Shown: positions 13,798 through 28,089 of the stretch, one piece after another
How the letters are laid out: every line of letters starts with the position of its first letter
Position numbering within the stretch: position 1 is the stretch's first letter
Assembly: GCA_964016885.1 (NCBI GenBank)
Contig: OZ024746.1
Location: 89,466,001 to 89,530,000, forward strand
Source of the DNA: Eledone cirrhosa
Taxonomy: Eukaryota
DNA length: 64,000 bases
Direction of reading: 5' to 3'
The notes under the pieces: model-generated
Seen by the model: the letters and a program-made list of their open reading frames with translations, nothing else
Databases searched by the model: none
Told to the model about the DNA's origin: nothing
Made by a program: the position numbers and the translations under genes

Positions 13798-14460
13798 GTG
13801 TGTGTGTGTTGTTTGCTTTTAGTGTATTTGCGTGCAGTTCAACGTAAGGTTATGCAAAAAGGAAAAGGATATGAAGTAAACCACAATTGAGATGACGTAA
13901 GGTAAAATAAAGTAAGATAAGATAAAACGTGATGAAAATTCTTTAGAACTGTTTATGATTTACGTTTTATTTTATGTTCAGGGAAACTGGGAAGATAGAG
14001 GTAAATGTAGGTGGTTTGGATATGGAAATAACGAAACAAGATTAGATGAGATAACATTGAATGAGATCAATAACGTTAACTCTAATACAATAACTGGGCG
14101 TAAGTTGGCGGACAGAAAGCCTTGTGGCTAGTTTACTGGGGGTTCATTTTAATTGCTTTCGGAGTTACAAAACTACTTCAGTAGTCCATATTATTCCTCT
14201 TCCTATTGTTAGCTATCATAGTCTATAGATATTAGTGCCTTGGGCTTCACAATCTATATCTTCTAGATTACAGGCCTGAATAATTCAGGTTTGTAATATT
14301 ACAACATATGAAAATTCCCTTGTAGAAAAATTGCCATGTTTTGACCCTGGAGCCATATAAAATACGATTATGTTCTTGATTAATTATGTATATACGATAT
14401 CTGTATATATAATAGAAAATAGTAACCTAAGTAAACATGAAAGAACAGCCGAACTCTCAC

Positions 14461-14597
14461 TGTCAGCGCCTCCATCTCTCTCGCCCTCCCATCTCTTCGT
14501 ATGGTGAGTGAATTGGGTCCCATGTGCTGGCCTCCCCACAGCCCAGGAGGACATAATGCAGGAGGCTTTTCCCCGGTGGATGGTAAGGGAGATGCGT
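14461..14597 (+). repeat. Diverged interspersed repeat related to 56800-57032 (possible solo LTR part)
   Basis: Colinear with the reverse complement of 56895-57032 (tgtca...tctctc...cccatgtgctggcc...gatggtaagggagatgc). Confidence 0.45.
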
Positions 14598-15592
14598 TAT
14601 GTTCGTAATTACGTACTCAGCTAAGACCACGCTTCATGTATATCGATATACTTTCAGCAGGAAGCATAATCTGATTTCAAAATCATTTGGAAGAGGGACA
14701 TTCATTCATGGTAGCCTTGCGGTTAGTAGGGTTCATATGTTTACTGGGATGTTTGATTCATACCGAAATTAATACAAATATTGTGATTTGAACAGTTGTG
14801 ACCTCTAATAATGTTCGTAATTATTGCCTGATCTCATATCTCTAAATCAGACGGTGAAGGAAGCATGTGACTGAACAAACAACATTTACTCTTGCACAGT
14901 GGATTTATTATCTCCCAGAAAATCATGCCAAGGGAAACCTTGAATACCCACGATACACTTATAATGCACTACTTTCAAATTCCTTACCATATATTTTGAC
15001 TGATATGCCATGTGCTTCATGAGTATATGTGCTTCATGAGTGGGTTGCAGAATATAATGCCCGTATAAATCCCAAAGCTATTACATTTCTACATATTCAA
15101 AATCATTCTCAATTCAAGATTCTTAAATTCTTACTATATAAACTTTATAAAGACACTGAATTTGACAATCCTAGTATGAGCATATTAAATATCACTCTTT
15201 GTCTGTCAGCTTGTTCCGTGTTCGTAGTGTTGGTTTTCTAAATATTTATATTTAACCTTAGGGCTTTGAACATTGTATGGAACACGTGTACGTTTTGATT
15301 TTGTATTTATGACGAAATGTAATGTCTTCAACTACTTGATTTGACAGATGTGTCTGTATTTCCAAATTCAAATTTATTACATGAGAAGACAATCATCACT
15401 AATGTGGCATTTCATTCCTCAATCTATTGCACTGCTTAAACAGACATATGTTTCAGTCAAAATATAGAAACGTCATTATCCTACAGGCTGTAACACTACA
15501 CACTACTCTATAGATATATTTCAAACTCTACAAAAGCCCATATCAAAGCTGTGTGAATTTTATGTATTTTTGTGTAATATAAATCATCAACA

Positions 15593-15781
15593 TGCGGTGG
15601 ATTGGCAGTATCGGTAGATGGTCGGACGCCATGCTTTGACGCATAGAGTTACGGCCCTTGCCATTCTGAGTTCAATTCCCGCCGAGGTTAACTTTGCCTT
15701 TCATCCTTGCAGAGTCGAAAAAATAAAGTACCAGTAATACACTGGGATAATAGCTGGCCTTGTGCCAAAAGTAGAAACAAG
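15593..15781 (+). mobile_element. SINE family 1, full-length short variant
   Basis: tRNA-like head (gcggtggattggcagtatcggtaga...gagttcaattcccgcc) plus the conserved core. Confidence 0.92.
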
Positions 15782-16569
15782 TATCTCTTCATAACAAACT
15801 CACAATCGCTGCAGAGAGTTCAAAACAAGTATATGTCCGATTCAAATTAACCAAATTGAACATTCGTGACAACATGTTTATTCTCTTTCTTAGATGTTTT
15901 TTGAATCATCCAAATGCTTAACTCTCATTCCATTTCCATGTATATCGCATCATATCAAATTATATTCTCTCAGTCTTTTGTTTGTTTGCTTTTGAGTATA
16001 TATATCTCCTACAATAGCATCTAATCCAAGGGATTTTCAGTGTTTTCATTTCTTAATGACTTTCGTAATTACCCCAAACGATATTTCATATACAATTAGT
16101 ACTCCCGCATTGAGTGTTTCATGAATTTTAAAGTCATGTTCTTGATTGTAAGTAAACGTTCTTGTTATTGGTCCAAATTCATTGCTCATCACATGTAATC
16201 TTTTTGATCTCATTACACTGCCTTTAAAAAAATATATTATTTTATAAGACTTTAGATAAGACCAAGTCTCTAAATTTAGAATTTATTAACATTTTCCATT
16301 TCAATTTCAAAGAATGTGTCTAGAACACATTATAGATATCTGTTGAGACTTTTATATATAACTATTTTCAGTTGGAAAGCTATCTTCTTTAAGCAATTAA
16401 CTTGGTTTTGTCCTGTGACTTAATAATTTCCGATATGTTGTACGAGGTAAAGATCATCCCAGTTTATGTTTCATCGGCCGGGAACATATTTGAATACTGT
16501 ATACCTCACATACATTCAAAGTACCAGTAATTCTACATACACTATCGCAGTGATATATGTATATACATG

Positions 16570-16865
16570 TTTCACCCTTAACGGGATCTTCTGAAACTAA
16601 CAAAGTCAATCTGTGAACGCAGAAGTGAATATTTCAAAAAATTTTGCAACCGGAGGAAGACAGGAAGACGATACTTTGGTTTGTGGAAACGTTCCCTGGC
16701 AAAGAACGGGAAAAAACGAATATAATACGTCATTATTTCGAGTGGTGAAAAACAATTACACGCAAAGATTTTAATAAATATTTGCTCTACGGTTCTTATA
16801 TATTTGATATATATTTATCCTTATCCAGCCGTCTTTGGATTTTAGTCTTCAAATGTATTATTATT

Positions 16866-16868
<3 letters not shown>
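16570..16868. mobile_element. Rearranged PLE terminal-repeat fragment (family H)
   Basis: 16571-16596 is the reverse complement of 24241-24267 (HHR-like CAGAAGA-TCCC..GGGT-GAAAC). 16769-16868 is the reverse complement of 41872-41972. Confidence 0.6.
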
Positions 16869-16911
<43 letters not shown>

Positions 16912-16917
<6 letters not shown>

Positions 16918-16944
16918 ATAGAATATAAAAGAAAAACGAGCACA

Positions 16945-17000
<56 letters not shown>

Positions 17001-17115
17001 TGTGCTCGTTTTTCTTTTATATTCTATTATAATATACGCCTCAGAAATATCTCTTTCTTAGAGCTATTTTATTGTAAGAGACTATTTTGAGTTCTTAACT
17101 CAATATATAACCCTT

Positions 17116-17117
<2 letters not shown>
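16912..17117 (+). mobile_element. Fold-back element: 37-bp inverted arms around (TA)n, plus a unique tail
   Basis: Arms 16912-16948 and 16997-17033 differ by one mismatch. The tail ends tataaccctttg before (TA)n. Confidence 0.75.
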
Positions 17118-17146
<29 letters not shown>

Positions 17147-17148
<2 letters not shown>

Positions 17149-17352
17149 AAAATAGTTAGGACCCCACCGGCTGGGATCCGGCCGTTTCAACAGCTAGATC
17201 TGAACTGTTCGGATCTAGCTGTCGAAACGGCCTGAGCTCAGCCGTCCGGATCCTGGATCCTGACTCTTTTCCTATTACCCACTCTACTACCATAAGTATC
17301 GAGTACTCTGGTGCGTTATAGTCCACCTGTATCTTACCACACCTTCTTTGTT
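17147..17352 (+). mobile_element. Fold-back PLE-derived element, family A
   Basis: Hairpin 17180-17232, then HHR 3' half GAAAC-GGC..GCC-GTC. Tail 17271-17352 is homologous to the PLE tail at 46101-46183. (TA)n on both sides. Confidence 0.85.
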
Positions 17353-19598
17353 ATATATATATATATTATTCCTTGAACAATTGAAACGTATTAGTTGAAA
17401 AACTAATGCTGAATTCTCTTGTTCAACTCCTTTTTCAGACAACAAAGCTCTTAACACAGAGGCAGATATCCGAAATCTGGAAACTTCTTAATCATCTCGA
17501 ATGCTTTATCCACACACACCTATTTATATACATATATATATACGCGCGCATACACGCACATACGCACACACACCTACACACGCACAAACACACCCACCCA
17601 CACACACATACATACATATACATATATATATATATATATATATAATCTACATTCATTTAGGTTTGAATACTTTCCGCCTAACGAACTACTGATGGTGTAT
17701 AAATGTTTAATTTGATTACACTCTGCAGTATTTTCAATTACCCTTTTTGCTTGAAATCTCCTATTTAGTTAACACGCGATGCACTTACAAATGTTTCTGC
17801 ACCCAATGACGGTGAATGTGCTACTTTGTTTGAATTATTCAGTCATAGGTAAAAATAAATGTTAGAAATACAAAAAATACTAAAGTATCTTTTGTACTCA
17901 CTCAGCGTCAAATAACACGATTCAATTCTCTACATCACGTGCCCACAACAAATGGTGATTAAATACAATATGGTATTCCAAGTTGAAAATGGAAAACTAA
18001 ATGTAAAGATGATTCTCTGTTGCAAAAAACGTATCCTGACACTTGGGTTATTTAATGTAATAAACTATGTTCTATGTATACACACGATAGAAATTATTTG
18101 CGGTCATACATGAGAAAGCTTATTTACTAGACCCTCGTTAATAATATCGGTTTTGGCATTTGATTAGAAAATATGTGGCTTTAGCTAAGCTTTACAATAT
18201 GTCGCACATGCACTCATACATGGATAATTGAAATGATATTTGTGTCAGAAAAATTCATACGTGAAAGATGGACAGAGATTAAGAGAGATAAACGGGATAA
18301 AAGTGTTTCAATACAATTGAACTGAGCCAGCGAGGAAATATAACAGTAAGAATGGAAATAGCTGTAAAAGGATTGAGGTATTGGGTCTGTGTTTCTATGT
18401 AGCATTCCTCAAGTTTTGTTTTGTTTCTGAAACTCAATCCCTGGCATTAAAAAACGAAATCATAACTGTTATTTTATATAATCTATCTAGACTCTAGATA
18501 GATTCTAGTGGGCTCTTAAACCACGTCGTGCGGCACTAGGGTGTCAGCGCTAAGAATATGATATCGAGCTCAATGCAAGTCCAGAAATCACAACGTGGGG
18601 TGAATCTTCTCTTCACTGATACAAATCGTAAAAGTACCTAAGTAAAAGTATTCCCATGTAAGTAAATCTAACGAGTATTTACAGATACGAAAGTGCCGCC
18701 ATTCACTGTTGTTGAAGATATAAACATTGTATCCTCATTTCAGTTAGAACATAGATACCCTGTCACGTACGATAATTACAAGTCAATAAGATGTAGAAGC
18801 CGACAACACAAAGGGGTTTTGGGCACGAATTGCAAAATCAACTATAGAAAAACAAAACGAGTTATACTCATCTGGAAGGAGTCGAATATAAGAATTATAC
18901 CATGTAATATTTAACAAAAAGTTTCGTACAAGACTGGATCACACTGAAAATATATTCGCAATAATGGAGAATTGTTTTTGTAATAACAGTAGAATCAAAT
19001 ATGCAATAAGTAAAGTCGATATAATCTAAAAGAACTAGACTGAAAATTATGAAACACATCTTCATACTAATATCTTTAATAGTACATATCTGAAAAATAA
19101 GCTCATTCTACCTAAACATTCACTGAGAGACATATGTGCATCCATACATATATAAACTATGTGCGTAAAGCGTATTAAATTAGACATTTGTTACTAAAGT
19201 CAACGTGAACACGATACAGATAAGTCATGCGATGTATATTTTGGATGTACAGCTTACGTACACTACAGTCATTATAAGACGAATGATTCTACGTTGACGT
19301 CTGATCTATACTTCACTTAACACATTACTTTCTGTTGTGGAGAGATCGAAAAACTAACATTCCGACAAGTTATTACAACTTTATGAATGGGTCAATAACT
19401 ATACATTTCCTTTCCTGACAGTCTGTTCAAGTTATTTGTTTTAGATTTTTTTTGCAAAACATTTATCCAGCTCTAAATATTTCTTTTTATCTTCCATTTT
19501 TGTCGATGTTTCATATATTTTATATTGCCATCGATCTTCCGAACCATCACTGTTATTTTAGATATTCTTACATTATTGATTTCATTTAACTAGAAATG

Positions 19599-19643
<45 letters not shown>

Positions 19644-19681
19644 ATGTGAGTGTGAGTATGTATATAGATAAATATGTGTGT

Positions 19682-19718
<37 letters not shown>

Positions 19719-20781
19719 ATCATGTGATGGCACCGACCTTATATATTACTGGGTGTTTGTTAATCCAGTTTCATACATCTATCCGAAAATTGAAATCATT
19801 AGCGCAGAAATAAGTATGATATCCTATATGTAAGAAAAAAAATTACATTCTTTAGATTCTGCTAGTTGAGTACATTACAAAAGTTTTCAGCAAGTTGTGA
19901 TCGTTATGCAATTTTAAGACCATTATCTAAGGAAACTTAGTAAGGTACTTTTGACAGAAATCGCAAAAATTCTATTCGGAAATTGCCTCACCAATGGCTT
20001 ACGTTTTGGTCAATGAAGTTCGCTACAGAAGTTGCGGTGAATCGGAGACTTTTTATGAAGAGTCAAGAAACGAGTTGAAAAACGGATATCACATGAAGCA
20101 TATTTTTAGCAACGTTAGATTATTTTAAATATTTAATATCTATCCGTACTACATTTCTTTACTGACAGGAAATTAGCTAACATCTTCACCGTGGGGAAAG
20201 TGCAGCTAAACATATATATCCATGAACTACAATTTTAGTTAGTGTCTGCTCAATACTAATGCTACTACAAATACTACGATTACTACTACTACTACTAATA
20301 ATAATAATAATAATATTATTTGTAGTAATAATAACGATAACTTGAAAATCATAAGTCAAAAGCATATGAAATTAGGATTATGACAGTTTTAGTATAATAT
20401 CTACCATTAAAATATTATTAAATGTCTGCACAATTCGAATTAGAAGAGAGGTAGGGAAGATCTAATCGTAATCTAAGCGCCCGTATTCACTTTCCTCCGT
20501 ACCCAGGGGAATTTACCCCATTTTCTAAAATGCCTTTTATAGTGGAGACTGAGCCAACCTCACATCTATTAGGTAATCAACTGGAGAGCATTTGCTATAA
20601 TGCTCTGTTAACAAGATTGTATGAAAACATATATTGATGAATGATAACTATATGTATACATGCATCATATTTGCCGAGCGTCATACACTATGTTGCATGA
20701 AATGAAGATTATTTATAGTAATCGACAAACACTCCTAACATTGGTGGATAGATACATATGTAGAAGAAAATCATCATAATA

Positions 20782-21428
20782 CGAGGTATGTCAGAAAAGA
20801 AACATGACTGGGTTGTAAAACATATTTCAAATCTAAACTACAAGTTTTCATTCTCCGCTCTCACGCATTTTCCCATCCTTCTCCGTGCAGTCCTGGAAGG
20901 ATTATTTGCAGTTCTGTCATCACAACCCTCTTGATATCTTCCACGGGTCGTAGGGATTTGGTTTCAAGGCACTCGAGGATGTCCTGACAAACCTGCACGT
21001 GCTGCTGCTTTTGGTCATCCCTCAGCAGCTTCGGCACCATATTCGCGCAGCTCTTCCACATGACCAAATCTTCGGTGTTAATCTTCCAAACTCTGTCGTA
21101 GTTCACTTGTCCTGTTTACTTGCGATCTGTCAAACAATCAGCCAACAGTCGTCACACACCACTTGCCTCATGCGCTCATCGCTGACTTCAATCCTGCTTA
21201 CTGAAGGCCTTTCGCTCATGGTCTTGTATCCTCTTTGAACATTTTGTGCTAATTGAAAAACCCGTGAGAGCAACATCACCTCCTCTCCGTACACTTGCTG
21301 CAATATCCCCAGTGCTTCTGACTGAGTTTTCCCCAGCTGGATCAGAAACGTCAGGTTGGTTCGTTGCTATGTGCCTATTACTCGATGCCCTACAATTAAG
21401 CAGCTGTTCGTCTGACAAATACGTTGTA
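20782..21428 (-). mobile_element. Internally deleted mariner relic
   Basis: MNYDRVWKINTEDLVMWKSCANMVPKLLRDDQKQQHVQVC (WVPxxL-like motif) is fused to the C-terminal VEDIKRVVMTEL. Left end is TA-cgaggtatgtcagaaaag. Confidence 0.85.
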
Positions 21429-21957
21429 TATATGTTTACACACACACATATGTATATATGCGCACATATATTGTTGTATAATCATACACAAAACACATAT
21501 GCACACCCTTGCCCACACATATCGACACACGCTTATACACAACCATATGTATATATACACATAGGTATGTGCATGCGCGCATGCGGACACAAATATGGAG
21601 AGTGGGGGAGTATCGGTGGGGGTGGCGAAGGACAAAGATGGACGGAAGGTGGAAGGCAATGGAGAAGGTGTTATACATATATACATACACATACATACAT
21701 TCATACACACATACGGATATGGGCACATGCACGCACACGCACGTATACAAAATATACACATACACACTCACATACACGTATACACACACATATATATACA
21801 CACACATATGCAGACACACACATACACACACACATACACATACATGTCTGGGAAAGGGTGTGCGAATGTGTTTTGTGTGTGATAATACAACAATATATGT
21901 GCGCATATATACATATGTGTGTGTGTATACATATATACAACGCATTTGTCAGACGAA
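21407..21957. repeat. 114-bp inverted duplication with a ~320-bp spacer
   Basis: 21407-21520 is the reverse complement of 21844-21957 with a few mismatches. Confidence 0.85.
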
Positions 21958-22509
21958 GAGTGTCTAGCTATGTATCTCCGTAAGGACTCGACACCACCAA
22001 CACATCCACCACACCACCACAAACGCCACTACCATAAACAACAACACCACTACCACACCCCCACACACGCCAACCCGTCTACCGACAATCCACTGAACTC
22101 ATACCACAGTAAGCGACCATAACCACCATCATATCATGACATCCACCCCCACATACTCTACACGCCAAGGCCAACCCACTACCGCCACACCACAGCCCAT
22201 AATCATCCACCGATCGTCACCAACATCTCACCATCACATCCACCCCCATATTTCACTACAGGCCAGTACATCCCCTTGATCCTTCCCACCAACCAAAACA
22301 ACTCATTTTGTCAAACTCTTGAAACTATGACTTTACCACATAGCGTGTATTTCATTTTCTTATAGCATTTTATGAGGGTCCATCGAACTGCCGATTATTG
22401 AGTCGGGTAGCATTGATACAGATCGAACCTTGAGCTGATCAGTGGCGAAACGCGCGTCACCTATCAATAAATGCAATGAAGGAGTAATCAATCGTCCTTG
22501 TTATCCTTT

Positions 22510-22512
<3 letters not shown>
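21958..22512 (+). mobile_element. PLE 3' UTR/terminal repeat (family D)
   Basis: CA-rich tract, then atcgaaccttgagctgatcagtggcGAAACGCGCGTC (minimal-HHR 3' half), matching the reverse complement of 40985-41057. Ends in (TA)n. Confidence 0.65.
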
Positions 22513-22544
<32 letters not shown>

Positions 22545-22549
<5 letters not shown>

Positions 22550-23285
22550 ATACTTGTGGAGGGTCATATTTGTGTAATAATATTGCCAGGATTAATAACA
22601 GAACACACTCACTGTTTCGTTGGTTTTCGCATTGACTGACCAACGGTCAAACATACAGGTACAATATCGACACAAATACATATATATAATCTAACAAACT
22701 TCTTTGGTTGTATAACTGCAACATCGTCAGTGGTGCTATTATGTTTCCTCCCGTTGTATTGTATGCCTACGCCATCTTTATTTAGTCTGTTTATTTATTA
22801 TTATTATTTATTTTTTTTTTTTGGGGGGGGGGGGGTCCTCTAGGCGCATGCATTTGCGTGTGTGTATAGTGTTTTGTTTGATGTGTGTTCTTGTTTGGGT
22901 GACTGATTATTGGTTATTGTATTCTATCTTAATTTACTAGTGTGTGTTTATATGTGTTTGTTGTTATTGTGCTTGTGTATGTATTTATTTATTAATATTT
23001 CTCTTAGGTCAGTGTTGTTTGTTTGGGTGTTGTTGTTATTCCATTCATTTTTTCTGTTTAGCTTTGGCCTTCTAAGTTCTATTTCACTGGCCTCTCTGAT
23101 TTGCCTATCTGCTGGTTCATTTCTATGTTTAGATATTATTCTAATTTCTATGTTGTCTATGTTAACGTCGTGTTGTTGTCTGGTATGTTTGTATAGTCCT
23201 GACCCGGTTTTTCCGTCCTTTTAGTTCCCCCCAGTGTTGATCTATCCTTTCACCTATGCTACGGCCTGTCTCGCCTATGTATATA
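22545..23285 (-). mobile_element. 5'-truncated PLE: GIY-YIG C-terminus, 3' UTR and tail
   Basis: YIGETGRSIGERIDQH...LYKH...RQIREASEIELRRPKLN. HHR-like CTGACGA-TGTTG...CAAC-GAAAC. (TA)n on both sides. Confidence 0.85.
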
Positions 23286-23729
23286 TATATATAGACAAAA
23301 GTTATGTATGTGAGTGCTCTTACCTCAGGCCAAATGGTAGCGGACCAAATAGCTCCAGATAACGATCCGTAACATTTCACTGAATGAGGTGGTTGTGTGC
23401 ACCCATATTCATTTTCAACTATGTTTAATCATCGCACATTTGTAGTAGCATCTGAGATGATTTAGCTAGAAGGATAATCGTTTATGATAAGAAGTAATAT
23501 TTTTTCAGATGACACGTTCTTTTGACTCAGTGCATTCATTTCCTGCACTGTAACAGCAGCTTCATTCTAGAATTATTGTTCAACGCACAGATATGATTAT
23601 ATTGATTTCCATTATAGAAAATATAAATATAGTTGTAGAAAATGGTTTTTCAACAAAACATACTGTAGCAACTCTCTAATGAGTAGTTTCTCACCACTAT
23701 ATCCAGTGTTGGGAAAAGTGTTTGATATC

Positions 23730-24112
23730 AGAGAAACTTGTCGGGTCGGACGCCATGCTTTGACGCATTGAGTTACGGCCCTTGCCACTCTGAGATCAAA
23801 TCCCGCCGAGGTTAACGTTGCCTTTCATCCTTACGGGGTCGATAAAATAAAGTATCACTCATGCACTGGTGTTGATTTAATCAACTTTCCCCTCTCCCCA
23901 AATTGCTGGCCTTGTGCCTATATAAGAAACCATTATATATTGGAAGTATCGGTAGAGGGTCGGAAGCCATGCTTTGCAGCAAAGAGTTATGGCCCTTTAA
24001 GGTCTGAGTTCAAATCCCGCCGAGGTTAACTTTGCCTTACGGGGTCGATAAAATAAAGTACCAGTGATACACTTGGATAATTGCTGGCCTTGTGCGAAAA
24101 GTATAAACAATT
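23730..24112 (+). mobile_element. Two tandem SINE family 1 copies (long form 23730-23935, short form 23940-24112)
   Basis: Both contain tcaaatcccgccgaggttaac...ggggtcgataaaataaagta. Confidence 0.9.
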
Positions 24113-24191
24113 ATAAATACAAATATCTCTCTCCCCCTCTCACTTTCTCTCTCTCTCCCTCTCCCTCTCTCTCTCTCTCCCTTTCTCCCTG

Positions 24192-24223
<32 letters not shown>

Positions 24224-24310
24224 GTAATAATAATAATAAATTCAGAAGATCCCGTTAAGGGTGAACGCAGCGATTATTTGCTTAAACTTTAATCTGTTAT
24301 TTTAATAAAT
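24224..24310 (+). mobile_element. PLE terminal-repeat fragment (family H)
   Basis: HHR-like cagaagatcccgttaagggtgaacgc, followed by the arm also seen at 42006-42036; lies in (TA)n. Confidence 0.6.
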
Positions 24311-24471
24311 ATATATATATATATATATATACAGGTTAATATAAATTGACATATTTGAGCTATTTCATTGTAAAAGACTGCCTGAGATTTGAACTCATTA
24401 TTATTGATTTATATATATATATATATATATATATACGCACACGCACACACACGCACACACACACACACACA

Positions 24472-24502
<31 letters not shown>

Positions 24503-25500
24503 CATGGGGTGTGATAGTTTGTTTGAAGCATTGTCGAATATGAAAATGAAAAGTGAATTTGTTTCGTAAGCTCTACAATGTAAATGGGTGAGAATTTCCG
24601 ATGTAACAAGTCGGAAGGGAATTGAAATTGATGACGTACAAAGCAAACAGTGGGAGAAGGATAATATTGAAAAGAAATGTATGCCTGAAGGTTGCTTATT
24701 TTTTAAGTTTCGCTTGTGTTAGGGTTAAACCTACGCATGCACGTAAGCGTGCGTGTAATGTTGCTAATATACATATATGTATTGATGAGAATGTGTATGT
24801 AAAAATGTGTGACTGAGTGTAAGCATGTGTATGACGTATGTGTGTGTAAGTAAATGTATCCGTAGGTGTGTTTATGTGTGTAAATGTATAAGAGCTTATA
24901 TGTGTAAATGTATTTGTAAATATTAAAGTGTATATATGTGTAAATATGTGTGTAAATGTGTGTGTAAATATGTAAGTGCATATGTATGTGTGTAAATGTA
25001 ATGATGCAATGCGTGTGTACGTGAATGTATCCGTATGTGTGCATATGTGATATGTGAATGTAAATATGTAAATACATATATATATGTATAAAAGATCGTG
25101 CTGGCAATCGGTTGTTTGTCTTATGTGCATGTGATTGTGTATCATACTAGATCAGCCAGTCTGTCTCATGTTCCTCCATTCTGTTATTAATCAGAGGCTC
25201 TATTTGCTTATTCAGAAGGATTTCCTTGTGTCTAAGAGTAACTATAATGCGTTCAGAAGCGATAATGGTGGTAGTTATATTTTGTACTTGTGCTTCCACT
25301 TGAGTATATGTTTGTGGAACGACAAAGAGTTTATTGTGTTGTGCTATTTCATTCTCAGTTGCATGGATCGAATAGTCCTGCCGGTATAGAATTGGTTGCA
25401 TTTGATACATTTCAACCTGTACACTACGTAGGCATATGCGCAATAGTTCCTACAGCGGATGGGTGCACGTTTTTCCCTCGTTGAGATGTTATCGTTTAGA
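24503..25500 (-). mobile_element. Degenerate PLE, GIY-YIG end plus 3' region
   Basis: Minus strand 25150-25480 reads YVVYRLKCIKCNQFYTGRTIRSMQLRMK*H...IIASER...HKEILLNKQIEPLIN across frameshifts. The 3' extent is uncertain. Confidence 0.7.
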
Positions 25501-26014
25501 TAGGTATCACATCAGGGAAACTCTCTAGTGGGCCACTCGCTTGTGAAGGCGTACCTTCCGGATAACCCTGCGTATGGTGTTGGTTGTTTGGGTTGTTTAC
25601 CCACTAAGGTGTGGAATTCTGCACATTATCTTTAACCCTAACACAACCAAAATTTAAAACATATACAGCTACCAGGAAGAAAATTACTGATTTCTCCAAA
25701 ACACCTCTCATGGACCGCTTTTATAATGGAGGGTATATCTTTAAAATGTTAGGACTAATAAATTGCTGAGGTATCTTTAAGTCATTCTTCAAGTTATATT
25801 CCTTCTTCTCCCTCTCTTTGCATTCTACCTCATCTCTCAATTCCCTTTCTACCCGTTACCTTGGTAATTCTAGCCCACCTGCATTGTAAGGCTTTCTAAA
25901 CATTCCCAATTTTTACACACATACACACATATGTACATATATGTGTGGAACGGTGTGTATACAAATAATATAAAGAAGCAATACCCTCGTAATGTATAAA
26001 TTTGCCTTATATCG

Positions 26015-26250
26015 TGAAGGCGCGTGGCTGGGTCGTTAGAGAATTGGATTCGCAATCGTGAGGTTATCAGTTTGATTTCCGGACCGGGCGATGCGTTATG
26101 TCCTTGAACAGGGCACTTTATTTTAAGTTGCTCATGCTACATGGAGTTGCGACCGATAGTAGTATTAGTAATTGGAAAAACCAATGGAAACATTGCTTCC
26201 TTGGTCCTAGTTGACCAAAGCCGATCGACTATCCATATATATCGGGTGCG
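26015..26250 (+). mobile_element. SINE family 2 (tRNA head, tgtccttgagcaag-type core)
   Basis: ggcgcgtggctgggtcgttagag...gcgttatgtccttgaacagggcactttatttt; matches the reverse complement of 61930-62050. Confidence 0.8.
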
Positions 26251-26269
26251 TGTGTGAGTGGTATTTTGA

Positions 26270-27350
26270 AGCGAAGTTGGATATCTAGGCGTCGGCAGTA
26301 CGTATCATTTTTCCACATATGTTATGTTGTAATTTTGCGACAACTGAGAGTAAACAACTGTTTCGGTTTGCATTTGTTGGGCCTTATTATGCCTATTCTT
26401 AGTTTCCAGTTTGACGGCAATATGATCTTGTATATGTGCGTGGCTCAACTGGTTGTTACTAGCGTGGCTATTAAAACGGTAAGGGTTGTCTTCTCTGCCT
26501 ATAAATGTAGGCTAGAGAGGAATGTAAAGGAGGGTTGCGAAATATTTGGCGCCCAAGCTTTCATTTCATTCGGGAATACAAGGCTGTGTGCAACATTCTT
26601 AAATTAATAAATTAATTATACCCACGTAGTTCCTTGGAATGTCGTCTGGGGATGTGATTGTTCATTTGAGAAGAAGGATCTCCCAGTGGCAAGTTCTTGG
26701 TGTGTTTGTTGACAGTTACAAGTCGGTGCTTGTGCACGGGAAATACTTGCTTGTTTTATAGTGTTGAAACGTGAGATGTTCGGTGCGGTATTATATGGAC
26801 AGTTTATGATATATATAGCTATTTCAGAAATACTGTCTAATTAGGGATACGATGCTTCTCGCTATATATGTGTGGAGACATCTAGATGTATTGAATGATT
26901 TGAGAGCATTATTTTTTTCTTCTGGTTCGGAGATGGAGAGAGCTGTTACATTTATATACTTCGCTAGTGCTTCCTCTCAAATGGAATGTTATTCTGCCGA
27001 AGATATCTCTCTCAATTGATAATTTAGAGATTCTTTAGCTGATACAGGTTACTATATACCTAATCATATCTGTAGGAAAGCGATAAACACTATAATCAAA
27101 TTTCAAAGGGAACAGCTTCGGAACCGTTTGTATAGCGGTGTAATATACTCTAATTATATAAAGTAGATTTATTGATAATCCATGTGAGATTGTGATATCC
27201 TAGAGTTATCTATGTTTGATAGAATGATAGGTTACGGGAAATCTACAAGTAACAGAATGTTCACTGTTATTAGATATAACTTAGTTCCTGGAGCTTAGAG
27301 AAGGTGAAAGTGTGATCACTGCAGTCTCTGATTTGTTCGTCTGAATCACT
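26270..27350 (-). mobile_element. Highly degenerate PLE (RT thumb to GIY-YIG)
   Basis: Remnants RISKLSIERDIF, YNTAPNI, PTCNC and TITSPDDIPRNYVGI occur in the same order as in the PLE at 53378-54214. Confidence 0.55.
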
Positions 27351-27969
27351 TACGCTGGTGTTGACATCTTCATAGCAGAACGATGGTGCTTATCTTTACC
27401 GCAAACGTATGATAGGTGTAGGTGTGATTCTATCTTGATATACAATAAATAAGAATATTTCTCAAAAAAAAAAAAAAATACTGTAAAATACATGGAGTCT
27501 ATAATTGGATTCCATAAAAATATACGGAACACACGTACGCACACACACTCACACACACGCACTTACGAACACACGCACATATCGAAACTATAATAAAGTA
27601 AGGAGCGCGGGACTGCCTCCAGAATATAACTTTTTTCTCCTGTTTGTAAAATAAGTTGGATTACTTTGAATAAATAATGAATGAATATTACATAATTTAT
27701 CTACTAAATTTCGTAACACGTGATTAGACATATAGTAAATATATTATTCAAGATTCACTTCTTTTAAAAGATTCAAATTTCAATACTTGCGGTATATCTA
27801 TACTATATATATATAGAGAGAGAGATTGAAAGAGAAAGATGAAGCGATTTGGATGTTTTTCAACACGCAGATGTGCGTGCGTGTATGTTGTTCTTTGATT
27901 TTATAAAATTGGTAGAGCGAGAAAGCGAGATTATATGTGTGAGTATATAAAGAGAGGAGTGACTGTGAC

Positions 27970-28085
<116 letters not shown>

Positions 28086-28089
28086 AAAT

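Noticed and set aside
15593-15690. tRNA genes at SINE heads
   Set aside because: Only A/B-box-like remnants attached to a SINE body; no complete cloverleaf.
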